A stretch of DNA of 64,000 nucleotides, taken from assembly GCA_044892505.1 (NCBI GenBank), contig CM097884.1:77996001-78060000 (forward strand). Reading direction: 5' to 3'. Numbering within the stretch: the stretch's first letter is position 1; every line of letters begins with the position of its first letter. The notes beneath the pieces were generated by a model, which was not told the origin of the DNA, did no database searches, and saw nothing but the letters and a program-made list of their open reading frames with translations. The stretch comes from Schmidtea nova. Its lineage: Eukaryota. Positions 26,236 to 40,266 of this stretch are shown piece after piece. A program made the position numbers and the translations under genes.

Positions 26236-26278
<43 letters not shown>

Positions 26279-26426
26279 TGTGTATTTGACAATCTTTTGA
26301 CTGATATTGCTAATTGGTATTATTAGGTTGATTATTAATTTTCTTATACATAAATTGAAAACACGCTTTTGTTCTAAAATATATATTATTAAAACAAAAT
26401 ATTTTTCTTTTTTATTATCTTGGAGA

Positions 26427-26470
<44 letters not shown>

Positions 26471-27001
26471 TACTTTGAGCAATTTCAACATTCATACATA
26501 ACATATACATACTGTAACACTCATACTGATTTTTATAATATATAATTAATTAATCAATTTTATCTCACGTATCCCTCCCTTTTATTTTCAATTATTTGCT
26601 TATATGGTATCTTCATTCGATATTTCTAATCAATATTTTATCATTTGGCATTTTTATTTTATAACTTCTATCATGGTTCTTTTTCTATCATGATTCTTTT
26701 CGTCTTTCGTTCTTACGTCCTTTTTAACTAAAACTAGATCCCCAATCGAGAACTCACGGTTTATTCTTGTCGAGTTGTTATATATCAATTTGTGTTCATT
26801 TAAGCGTAATTTTGAATCTAGAATCTCTCTTCTTTTGTTTTGTTCTTTCATATAATCACTCACTTCTTTTGACTGATATTGCTAATTGGTATTATTAGGT
26901 TGATTATTAATTTTCTTATACATAAATTGAAAACACGCTTTTGTTCTAAAATATATATTATTAAAACAAAATATTTTTCTTTTTTATTATCTTGGAGAAT
27001 T

Positions 27002-27032
<31 letters not shown>

Positions 27033-28954
27033 TACTTTGAGCAATTTCAACATTCATACATAACATATACATACTGTAACACTCATACTGATTTTTATAA
27101 TATATAATTAATTAATCAATTTTATCTCACGTATCCCTCCCTTTTATTTTCAATTATTTGCTTATATGGTATCTTCATTCGATATTTCTAATCAATATTT
27201 TATCATTTGGCATTTTTATTTTATAACTTCTATCATGGTTCTTTTTCTATCATGATTCTTTTCGTCTTTCGTTCTTACGTCCTTTTTAACTAAAACTAGA
27301 TCCCCAATCGAGAACTCACGGTTTATTCTTGTCGAGTTGTTATATATCAATTTGTGTTCATTTAAGCGTAATTTTGAATCTAGAATCTCTCTTCTTTTGT
27401 TTTGTTCTTTCATATAATCACTCACTTCCATTCTATTTCACATTCTTCTGTCCAAATCAATTTCGTTTGGTTGCTTCCGCAAAGTTTCTCTAGGTCTTTT
27501 GAATATTTCGATTAATTTTCTATGAATCATCTATAATAATTAGTTAAACCAGGGAAGCTCCTTAACTTCTTTAAACATTTCGGTCTCTCGTATTGTTTAA
27601 TTGCCTCCAATTTGCTATCATCTGTTTTTATACCATTTTTGTTAATAATGTGTCCTAAAAATTTCATTTCATCTTTCATGAAGTTGCACTTATTCATACT
27701 CAATTTTAATCCAGCTTCTTTTATTCGATTTAGAACATTTCTAACTCTCCTTACGTGCTCTTCTTTTGTAGGAGAAAAAATTAATATATCATCTACATAT
27801 ACAACAGCTTCTTTCCAGTTTAATGGTCATAATACCCTGTTCATTAATTTCTGGAATGTTGCAGGTGCTGCTGCGATTCCAAGGCATACGATTAAAGTAA
27901 TATTGTTCGTTCTTTGTTGAGAATGCGGTTTTTATCTTTGAAAGTTCATCTAATTCTACTTGGCAAAAAGCATTACCTAAATCTAAAGTAGTAAAATAAA
28001 TTGATCCATTTAATATATTCATCATTTCTTCGGTGCTTGGTATTGGAAAAATCGGTCTTTCGGTTACTAAATTTAATGCCCGAAAATCTAAACAGATGCG
28101 GATATCATCTTTACCTTTCTTTTTTACACATACAAGAGGATAGTTCCATTCAGATTCACATTTCTCGATAATCTTGATCTGGCTGATGCCACCTTTGTTG
28201 AAATTCGGATTCTTGCCTTGTACCGTCTCTGTATTTCATTTTTGAATCGAAACGATTCCCATTATTTCGTTGTCATGATTGACCAGATTTTATATTGGCT
28301 ACATTTGCAAATGTGTTCTTCTTTTGTATTAGGGCTACACTTTCTACTTCGATTTCTTTCTTGACATCGTTGTTTCTCGTTATTCTTACTTTGATTTCTT
28401 CGAATGTAGACAAACCTTGCATCTTTAAATCTTTCTTTAATTCTTGATCGTCTAATGCATTTTGAATCAGGAAAATTTTCAAATCTTCTTCTTGAAGTTT
28501 GTGGTGTAAAATATTTTTTGCTAATCTTTCAACTTTCCTAAAGAATTCGGCTGTTGTATCTTCTCCTCGGCGATAAAATAACGCCTTATTTAGGTCGTTT
28601 CCTAAGTTACTCGGACTTGTACACGCTGATTGCATTCTCGTTTTATAATTTTCTTCGTGTTCTGTTTCCTCATATTTTCTTGTTGCTTCTATTGATAAAA
28701 AAGCTTTTACAAAAATACCTCTGTGTTCTTCGGCCGTCTGTGTCAATTCAAAAAATCTTTCTGTTTCTTCAATAAATTTATCGATATCATTTCCTATCTC
28801 AAATATTTCTGGAGGTCTGATAAATTGTAACATTGGCCTGGTCGCCATATTAGGTTGATTATTAATTTTCTTATTCGTAAATTAAAAACACGCTTTCGTT
28901 CAATAAAATATATATTATTAAAACAAATATTTTTCTTTTTTTAATTATCTCGGA

Positions 28955-29026
<72 letters not shown>

Positions 29027-31311
29027 ATAAATAATACTTTGAGCAATTTCAACATTCATACACAACATATACATACTGTAACACTCATACTGATTTTTAT
29101 AATATATAATTAATTTATCAATTTCATCTCACAATATTTAAGAAGTGTGTTAATTGAAAGAACCGAGAAAGCATTGTTTGTTTGGATTGACGATTTAACA
29201 AAAAAAGGATTCCGTTAGACGGTCAAATTATTAAAAAGAAAGCTATTCGATTTTACGAGTAGTTAATACAATTGGAACCATCAACTTCTACCTCTCAATC
29301 CAGTACAGAATTTTCAGCTAGTACAGAATGGCTTAATGGTTTTCTAAACCGAAATGCTTTCCATAATGTAAAGATTACCGGCGAGGTTGCAGCAGCAGAT
29401 GAAGAAACTCATAAGCGTTATCCTGATGAATTTATAAAGATTATTGAAGCAGTTAGTCACTGTCCCGATCAAGTTTTCAACACGGACGAAACAGGGTTTT
29501 TTTTGGAAGAGAATACCCACTCGAACATGCATCGCGAAAGCTGAAAAAAGCAAGTGGTTTTAAGGCACCTAAGGATAGGGTAATCTTTCTACATTGTTGC
29601 AATGCATCAGGATATCGGATGCTTAAGCCCCTGCTTATCAATCGATTTCTAAGGCCACGAGCTCTAAAAGGAAAAGATTTTTAAAAATTGCTGGTGCATT
29701 GGATGGCCAATAAAAAAGCGTGGGTCACAACTGCTGTTTTTACAGAGTGTTTGAATAAATGTTTTATACCAGAAGTAAAATCATATATTAGGGAAAAAGC
29801 TCTTGATTTTAAAGTTCTATTAATTGTTTATAATTCTCCATCGCATCCTCATGTAGAACATCCAAATGTGCAGATAATATTTCTTTCACCTAATACAACA
29901 AGCATTATTCAGCCATTGGATCAGGGCATAATTACCACTTTAAAAAAATATTATGTGAAAAACTTTCCAATTAATTTTAGATCAACTTGGAGCAGACTCA
30001 CTAACCCTTACCGGCGTTTGGAAAAATTTTTCAATTTTAGACTGCATTAACCATGTTACTTCTGCAATTAATGAAATAAGGCCACACACTTTAAGGCCAC
30101 ACACGCCTGAGAGTTTTTGTGAATTTAAATATAAAAGGAATATGGTGAGAGGATTAGTGTTTCGTGCTTGGTCACTATCTTCTACGTTTGTGAATTCAGT
30201 AAAAAGTATTGATGTATTGGTTAAGTTGCTACTTAAAAACGGTTACTCTAAATCTTTTCTTGAGAAAATGACAAAAGTGACCGTGGATAAGTTAATGTTG
30301 AAATCTGATAATGTTGGTATGTGTGTGTCTGAATCTGAGGTACCTATTGATCCTGATGAAAGTACTGTGTTAATTTCGGAAAGTGAGAAAAATCGATCTA
30401 ATCGCACAGAGCCGAAATATGTGTTGGTATTGCCTTATTCTGAGGGCTTCAGAGAATTTAAGCATAAGATTCTCAAACATGTAGACAAGGATCAATTTAG
30501 GATTGTTTCCACGTCTTGCAAAGTTAGCAGTATGTTCACTAGTAAATGTCCAACGCCAATTGGTTTGTGTTCTGAGCTCGTGTATCAATTTTAATGTAAT
30601 GGGTGTAATGCCACATACATTGGAGAGACTGCCCGTCATCTCTGCACCCGAGTTCTTGAGCATTACAGACCAAAAGGATTGACTAATATAAGTGATCATT
30701 TTAGGAAAGGTGTCAGTAAAAAAATAGGTATCTCTGATTTTAAAATTATTTCAAAGGGTTTAAGTAATTATTGGGAACGAGTAACTTGTGAGGCATTGTT
30801 GATTAGATATTTTAATCCAAAAATAAATGATCAAGTTGCCCGTTCCACTCATATTTTAAATGTGTTTAAGTAACCGAAGGTTGAATGTTGCGAATTATGT
30901 TTGTGGTATAATTATGTTTGTTTGTTTTTTTTGTAAAAATTTTAATTTTTTTAAATTTTTAAATTTGTAAATTTTATGTTGATTGTTAAAATTTTATTAA
31001 ATTAAATTTTATTTTTTAAAATAATACGTATGTTGTTCTATGTAAAATGTTTGTTTTTAATTAAATTTTAAAAAATTTTATGTAATAAAATAAAATAAAA
31101 AAAATTAAATTTTTAAATTAAAATTTTGATATAGTATGGAGATGATTATTATTGATTAATTTGTTTAAATTTAGCATATTTTCTATTTTATTATTGATTG
31201 TCCTGATTGCTGCCTGACGAAGATTGTTATACAATCGAAATATATCGCGTTTATGTTGAACTTACTGAGTTGGCGTTTTTCTATAATTAAATCATTGCCA
31301 CGTTTTTTTGA

Positions 31312-31378
<67 letters not shown>

Positions 31379-34300
31379 AATTTTTATTATTATAATAAAT
31401 AATATTGAATTAAAATAAATTTGAATTAAAAATTTAATCGATAGTTCACCGATTGCTCGAAAATGAATTAGAACAATAAAAGTAGAAAATTTGATTTTAA
31501 GCGCATCAGAATATTATGTATTTTAATTTAAACAAACGCCTATCATTTTTAACGGGTTATACCAAGTATTATTACTAATGATGAGATTTTAAAAAGTTCT
31601 ATTATAAATATTTTAAAGTCATCTTTTGTTCATTTTACCGTACAGTTATTTACTTATTTTTATCGGTATTTATGACACAATGACTCAGTACGTCAACTTT
31701 CTTCTTGACAATAAATTTGTTAACTTTTTTCATTTTCTGAAATTATATTTACCAATTTTAGAAAGTTAATGTGCTTAACTTTCAGATTTAAAACGAAAAC
31801 AAAAAATTATAATTTTTCTTTGAATTAGAAACAATTGATTTGGTTTAAAAAGTTCAATTTTTCAATGTATTTTAAAATAGGCAAAATTTTTATTTAACAT
31901 TCTTTGGATTATATATATAATAGGAGTAGCGGAAAGTAATCAATTATTAATTAACAACTTTTTAAAACTTTTTTTTAAAAATAAAGTAATGAATTATTTT
32001 CAAAATCTACAATATAAACCGATATTTTGAATCAATCTGAATTGTAGGGACTGGCATGAAAGTCGATGAAACTCATTTAAAACATTGTATACAGTTTTTT
32101 ATTTTTCAAGGGATGAATGCAAATAATCCTACAAGAAATATCTGTGTAACTTATGCTGATGTTTCGAAGGTCAATAAATTCCAACGTTGGTTTTGAAAGT
32201 CTACACCTAGTGATTTTGATCTTTCTGGTGGTGAAAGGCTATTCAAGTTGGATAATGACCTGTTTATGTCATTAGTTGAGTCTGATCCACGTCAAAGCAT
32301 TCAGGAATTGCTGGATAAGTTCAAGTCATCGTGGTTAACTATTCATAAATATTTAAAGATTGGAAAAGTGAATAGACACGGTATTTGGCTCTCTAACAAT
32401 CTTTCAGAAAAAAAACAAAGAACAGCGACGAACAATTTGTAATGCTTTATTAACCAGAAAAAAAATCTTTTTTTTTGCATTGAGTTGTTGCTGGTGATGA
32501 TGAAAAGTGGGTTCTCCATTCAAATAATAAACGAAAAAACATTCTCTATTACCTGAAAAACGCCGAATAGACCTAACGAAGGTTCATTTACTTGGTTAGT
32601 TGTGTTTATATAATTCATTATGAGCTCATTTTTTTTAAACAATTAGAGGGACTCAATCTAGTTTTGACATCCTTGAGGCCAGCATTGGACAGTCCGAAGG
32701 GGGTAATCTAGCATCAAGATAACGAAAGAACGCATACGGCATCCATTTCATTTATTGCAATAAAAAGGATAAAGATTAGCAAGAATGAGGTATGTCAATG
32801 TGTAAATGATCAAAATTAATAAAAATTCTTCAGGTTGGAAATGATTGGAATGCAAATATAATTACAATAAAAAACTTAGAACTTTTTCCTTTCACCCACC
32901 TACAATAAGAGTAAAAATCGAATTTTCGGTGCGTAACAAAAAATGGAAATTATATTTAAAAATAAATGCAATGATAAAATAATAATCTACTAATTCCAGA
33001 AATACAAGAACTTACTTGGATATAAGCATCAATAACTAATGTTAGAAATGGTCTAAAGGCCGGTTGAGAATTCATATCATTAGACCGAAAGTAATTGGTT
33101 TCTTCATCCAAACATCCGACAAAAGCCCATTTGTAACTAAATAAGTAATTATAAAAGTTTAAAACAAAAAGAGATTCGTTACTATAAAAATTGTGGAACA
33201 CTATCTTCTTTCATCAAAAAAATGAGATCTAATAATTTACATGCTGAAAGATACATATTCAACCTTTTGTTGGTATCATTTTGTTTCGTAGATCTAAAAT
33301 AAACAGCATCAATTGACCATAAAATAGATAAGAAGAAATGAAAGATGAATATATTTAACCCAACTTTGGTGTCCTCCAACTTCATGTTTCTTTTAATTTT
33401 AAATTCGATTTCGTAATGAGAATGGTACTACTAGACAACTGCCTACCCCTACAACTAAAACTCATACAGCGTTAGCAGAAATGTGAGGAGCGACAGCGGT
33501 CATACATAGAAAAGTAATGCAACCTACACTGGTCTTCACGTGTTAAAAAAATAAAAATTGTACATTATTATACAAACCATGTATAATTATTAATTATGAT
33601 GAGTTAAATTAAATCAAGTGAATAAGTTAATTATTCAAAATAAATTTATTAAATTCATAATTAATTAGCACGGTGTTGGTAAGCGGACGTTTGAGTCGGT
33701 GCTTGTAATTGGTAAGTCAAAGTATTCGCTTACTACTTAGATAACAGAATAAGAAAGTCTGTTACAACTGGCCTAATGCCACTGCTCAAGCAATGCAACT
33801 GACATGTGCGCAGTGCGGTTTGGGATCGTAGGGTGATTACGTCAGGCACAATTGTTCGATCACATGTTAAAAGAAAATTATTATTGATTATACTGTAGAA
33901 AAAGAAATTAAATTATAAAAATAAAATTGTCTAAAGTTCTCAAAATCTAAATTTAATTTTTGTTTTTCAAAGTTTACTTTTAGTGGCAATCATTGCAGTA
34001 AGTACTAAATCTTGTTTTTAGGTTTAAAATTAATGGAAAAATAAAAACAATCATAGGAATTAATTTACCAAATGATTGTGAATGAATTTGGTTGACTTAA
34101 ACATATGTTTTCGTAGTTTAAAAGTAACTATGATACAAGTAGGTTACTCATAGTTACTTTGTTTTATTTTATAATTATTCTGTAGCTATTTTTTAAAAAT
34201 TTATATCAGGTAAGTTTATTTATCAAGATATCTTTTAAGGCTTCTAATTTTATCTTACAATGATATGAGATCACTATAGAAGCTTTGAAAGTGTATCTAT

Positions 34301-37300
34301 ATTCTACAATATTATTTTGATTTTATATTTATTAGCTTTTTAGAAAATATAATTTTTTATGAAGTATTTTGGAAATATTTTACATTAAACTTAAGTAAAA
34401 ATATTTTTTAACAATAGTTTATTAATGAAATAAATCAGTCTCCGAATATTTCCATAATCTTTGTTCTGCAATTTTATTATTTAAGTTTTAAATACTTTAT
34501 TATAATAATTAATATTAAAAAATAATTCGCTATTTATTTCTGTAATATTTTTTTGGATATTCCAATGTAATTTTATTAAGTTTAATTTTTATTTCAAGCA
34601 TTGCCAAGTTTTTGTGTCCTGTATTATACGAGACTGCGAAATGATCAAAATTGTGGTGTAAATATGTTTTATTGTCTATAAATTAAAAATAATTAGACGG
34701 AATTATTTTTTTGCTACTAAAAACGGAAAGATTTTGCAAAATAATTTTTAGAAATATATGAAATTTTATATTAAAATCATTAAAATGAAACTTACGATTT
34801 TATTTATCCATTTTCTCGACAATTCCGTAGGGAACATTCCAAATATTTACCCAAAACCCCTATTTTAAAAATGAATAAATTTATTATAGGTCTTTTAATC
34901 GCGAAAAATGTACCTTTAAAAGTTTGTATGTAATTTTCATTGTGTGTATAATTAATTTTTTCTTGTACATTGTATATCATATAATAAATATTTTTAAACT
35001 ACGTAAAATCAAATTTTAACATCAACGTAAGCTTTTATTTGCTATTGGTAATTTTTAACTTATATTATAAAAACTTTTAATGTACGAAAACAAGTGTATT
35101 GTTTGTTAAAATTTATTATGCATAATCATACTTTGAAAACAAAGTCTCGTGCCGATTTGTTTGAATAATATTAGAAGGATGATAACTGTTTGAAAACATA
35201 AAAATTATAATCCAGCTTCTAATTATTGATACAATTCACACTTTAAGGTATTGCAGCTTTCTGTTCTGTATTATTATGAAAATTTTTACTTAAATAATTA
35301 ATGATTGTTTCAATTGCTTCCGATTTACTTTAAATGCAAATACACCTATCCCCCGATTTACACGGTAGATTGGTTCCTGAGAATTCCGTGTAAATCGAAA
35401 CCGTGTAAATGGGGACAAAGACATATAGTATATTTGTAAGGGATTGGTTAGTATCAATAGGTAGTCTTTTCTGTGTTTGATCTTCAATCCATATCAATAA
35501 TGCTTTCTCCATCTTAACAATTCCAACATATCTGACATATGAAGTGATTTGCTTACTGGTAGAAACTCCAGCTGATACACTTTCTAATATTGCTTTCATT
35601 TTATTTCATTGACCTAATATTAGCTTCATTCATACCATATGATTTGCCAACTGCTGATGAACTTTCTACATGGCAAAGTCTATCTAATATTTTTGTTTTT
35701 GTTTCCAACGATATAACTTTACTTTTATTTGTTTTTTTCGGAATTTCTTTCGATATTATAAGACCTTTAAAATCACATATGTATGTAATAACTAAAATAA
35801 TTTTATTACTTAATAGGATACTTACCGTTATGATGATTCTCGAAAATTGTGTAATCAAACTCAAAATAATATTACATTACACAAATCTACTGCTGTATCA
35901 ATCAAACTGGACAAATGAATTATACTTGTATTACTTATCGCGTACTTAAAACAAATGAACGTAATGCGCAGAAATTGAAATAATAATTTCAATAATAACT
36001 TGTTAAAACACGAATACATAAATGGGCAATTCTCTGTTTATGCTTATATTTTTATTTTTAACTAAATATGTATATACATATGCATATTATTATTATAAAT
36101 ATGTATTGATAAGAGTGAAATAAAAAAAATTATAATTTTCAAAACCGTGTAAAAGCGAAAACGTGCAAAAAAAGTAAAAAACTAAAAAAAATTTTAATTA
36201 TTAAATTTAGTTTACTTTCATTTTTTTCTGACAATACGTGGTGTAGTCAGTAAGTACCCGGACTATCCCATAAAAATAATAGTACTTTAATAATATTCAA
36301 GTGAAATATAAATATATTTTTTATGGTTACAAAAATATATTTTTTTAATAAGCACCTGCATTGCAGCGTGGGAGCTAACATTTTCAAATTATTTGTTAAA
36401 TCATGCAACATCACGTCGAATATCCAAGTGTCATTAAATTTTTTGTTTTGCCTCGTGATAACAGTCAGCATACAGTCGACTCCGCTTATAAGAATAAGCC
36501 CGGACCAAAAAATAGGCATTCTTATACGCGGAGTATTCCTATATGCAGAGTATATTAAATAATTTGTAGACAACTTGCACAGCAATCTACGATTGGATTA
36601 GCCAGTTCAAATATAATCGCCAGCCATTGTTTGATGATAAGAACGTTTGTCATCCTTGTGAAATATCTAACCAAAAAAGAGGAATGTTTGCAAGTTGTGA
36701 AGGAAAAACACCTAGTATGTCAAAAATATTTTTTTTCCAATTCAATACACATTTTGATGTATTGTCTGAAAAAAGATCAAACAAAATTAGAAATTTTATA
36801 GAACTAACCAATTGCATTTCAATTATAAAATTAACGAGTTAAAAAGAAAAAGATTATTTGGAAGTACTCAGAGAAAGCAGAACAAAAGAAACGGTTCGTG
36901 CAATTGAAAAAAAAATATTTTATTTTCGATGGTTATGTCGTTAATTCCATAAGAAATAGCAAAGGAAAATGATTATTATTAATATTATGAATATCACAAT
37001 ATCTATGACAACCGATGCCAAAAAATAAATAAGGCAGAATAAAACAAGATAATGCGATAAATTAAAATTCAATAGATGAACGCGATACAGCTGATGAAGT
37101 TATTGCTAGCTTCGGTTATGAAATATATACTTATCCTGCTATTAGCAGGCTGCTAAGTCAGTTACATGTAACAAAAGGCCCGGCACATGTTATTAAAAAC
37201 TATCTTTTTATTAAAACCTGTCAAACAACTGCATTTTTTGAATTTATATAAAATTAAATATTGGTGGCGACACACCGACAAACAGTAAATGGTAATTTTG

Positions 37301-40225
37301 CCAATGATATCAATATCATACATCTTCCTGGCTCTAAAAATAAATATTGTAGTGTAAATCGGTAAGATATTTAACTTCTCCAAGTTCAAAATATAAACAA
37401 GATTAAGCAATCTTTAAGCTAAATTTTCAGCATAAGAGTGAATATTTTCTAACTTTATAAGCAAAATATTTAAATCTAAGGTAAGTCACAAGTCATTGAC
37501 GAGTTCTGTCATCCTAGCAGGAGTACGTGAATATTTAAACACAAATCACATTAATCTTAAGGATCATATAATAAAATTCCATCTCTCTTACTTTATATCA
37601 CATTTGAGATCATCGATAAGGTTTTGAAGGGTAAATGTCTACAAAATAAAACAAAACAGTTGAAATGAAATCATAGATGGAAACTCACCAGGATTGGTAT
37701 AAAGATATGCCACAGTGATGTCAAATGTTGATGGGAAATTCGCATTAATAAAACTCTAAAACAGAGAAATATTTGAGTTTCTATTTGAGGAATCATTCCT
37801 AATCTCAATGATTCACTAAATTTTTCTATAAAAAATGTGATTGAATGGATCGTGTTTATAAAAAATAAATAAACCTTGAATTTCTGGCATTGATTTGACA
37901 TACTGATCGAGTTCACTACTGTAAATTATAAATGCCAATTTTTTCATACACATTGCAGTTTGGTCATATTCAGCTTCTTTACTAGTGAAAAGGTTAAGAC
38001 CGCCTCCTTGGTTCACAGTTAACTTGGCTGGATATTTTTGAATGAAATATAAAATTTAATTCAGTAAGTTTTAAACAATAACTAATCGTTTATAAACTGA
38101 TTTACCGAATGGCCTTCGAAATCAGTTGAAATCACACAAGTTGCATTGTCAGACAGGAAAATATTTCACAATTTGTCAAAAAAGTAAATTTACTTGAGAT
38201 AGACAATATTAGCAAAAATTTACAACACAGCAGAAAAAATTAAGAAGAACTCGATTCGAGAAAAATATTAGTACCAAGGAACAGTTTTTAGAAATGAACA
38301 AAAACACATGGAAAAGAAAAACTTGTCACGGATAATTTCGTTTGAAACATGTTTATATACTGGAAAAAATTCTTTAAAAAATTAAAGTTAAACTTGATAG
38401 ATTTTTCAAATTTTCATCATATTTTTAACACGCCTACTAAGTGATTAATTTTGAAATAATACATGAAAATTCAACCCTCGCGTTATATTAGCATTTTGTA
38501 ATTTACACTCATTCCTATGCCTAATTTGTAACCCTCGCGTTATATTCGGGTGGCGCTATACTCGAGTATCTACGGTAGCAATCTCAATCTGTCATAGATA
38601 ATTATGACAAAAAATCTGTTTTTTTTTAAATTGAAATATTTTTTGAAAATCACCATTGTAAAAATTAGTAATAAATCAAATAATAAATAAAAAATAATTA
38701 AATTTCTAACTGTATGCTTCTTTAAAAGTGTTTTTATCTTGAGTCATCAAATTGTCTATAATAACCTTCCAAGATTTCAAAGAAATAATATCAAATTGAA
38801 AGAAATATGATTCAAAAAGTAAATCAAATATATCTTTTCTCCAAGATCTTCTAGTGTGCTGGTAGCTACTGAGAGATGCCATTAACTGACTGGAAATTCG
38901 AAAATTGAGAAGATTTCCAGCGCTGGAAATTCATTAAAATACAAATCCAAAAAGTCAAAATTCAAAAACCTCCGATAACGAAGATATGGTAAAACATTTG
39001 GAAATATGACAGATGTCAGAAAAGGTTGTACTTTTTCTTTTTCTTCACTTTTGTACGTAACGTCAATTATTGATGCAAGATGCTAAAATAAAATAAATAA
39101 ATAAAATAAATTTCAATTTGCGAGAACAGTTTATGAAACATTGACAATAAAATGAAAAGAATTTGCTTATTACAGTGAAATATTAATTCTCGCCTTATGT
39201 TCCTTTACAAGAAAGCTGGAATAAATGATCAATGGAAAATATTTTAGGAACACCTAAGTTAATTTCTTGCAAACCTTTTTCAAGGTACTGTTTTTCTTGC
39301 ATTAATTCCANNNNNNNNNNNNNNNNNNNNNNNNNNNNNNNNNNNNNNNNNNNNNNNNNNNNNNNNNNNNNNNNNNNNNNNNNNNNNNNNNNNNNNNNNN
39401 NNNNNNNNNNNNNNNNNNNNNNNNNNNNNNNNNNNNNNNNNNNNNNNNNNNNNNNNNNNNNNNNNNNNNNNNNNNNNNNNNNNNNNNNNNNNNNCTCTAG
39501 TTTAATGAAGCAATAAATATTATCTAATAAATAATGTATATTAGAAGTTCTAAAACTTAATTATCCCACCGCTACGTTTTTCAAAAGAAAAGTTGGTTAC
39601 TGCCCTTATTAATGTGAACAACCAGAAAGATGAACTGAAAAATTTTAAAAAGTGGGAACCAGTAGACTATAACTTGCATTATATATGTTTTTGGAAAATA
39701 AATTATTCATAGCAATTTTAACTCTTTGTTAAACAATCGACAAAACATGTTTAAGCTAATATTCACATTATTTTTCTTTGAGTCTCTATTTTTTCACTGC
39801 CACCTAATTTTAACGCCCACATGGGGAATAACTAATTTATAATATAAAATTGAAAGTTTGTTTTTATGTTTGAACATTATATCGAAAACTAGCTATAATT
39901 CATCAAAAATGACGGACGTTTGTTCAAATATCAATTAAAATACATAATTCTATGACGTATTTGAAAATCTAAATTTCGTTAATTGTTTTAATTCATATTC
40001 AACTCTTAATGGCAATATTAATATCAAACACAATGGGTCCGAACAAAAAGTGTTTTTTACTTTGAGCGATCGGAACACAATCTTCCAGCGTTGCAGAAAA
40101 ATTGGATTTTAATTTTAATTTATTTTTTAATTAAATATTATTTGTAATATAAATTATTTGTTATAAAATTTATATTACTTATAATAATTAATAGATCATA
40201 AATAAATATATATATATATATATAT

Positions 40226-40266
<41 letters not shown>

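Larger units (their letters stand above)
16988..26278. mobile_element. Array of Penelope-like elements (family 1): three head-to-head units separated by (ATT)n
   Basis: Unit A: minus arm 19257-16988 (end lost in gap) plus plus arm 19279-22448. Unit B: minus arm 22615-22517 plus plus arm 22617-22754. Unit C: minus arm ~25649-22820 plus plus arm 25655-26236. Unit period ATG-to-ATG is 2767 bp. Confidence 0.93.

Noticed and set aside
34790-34862. Possible DOP1 exon with gtaag donor
   Set aside because: All frames from the acceptor contain stops; the 37638-37592 exon links the flanking exons correctly.
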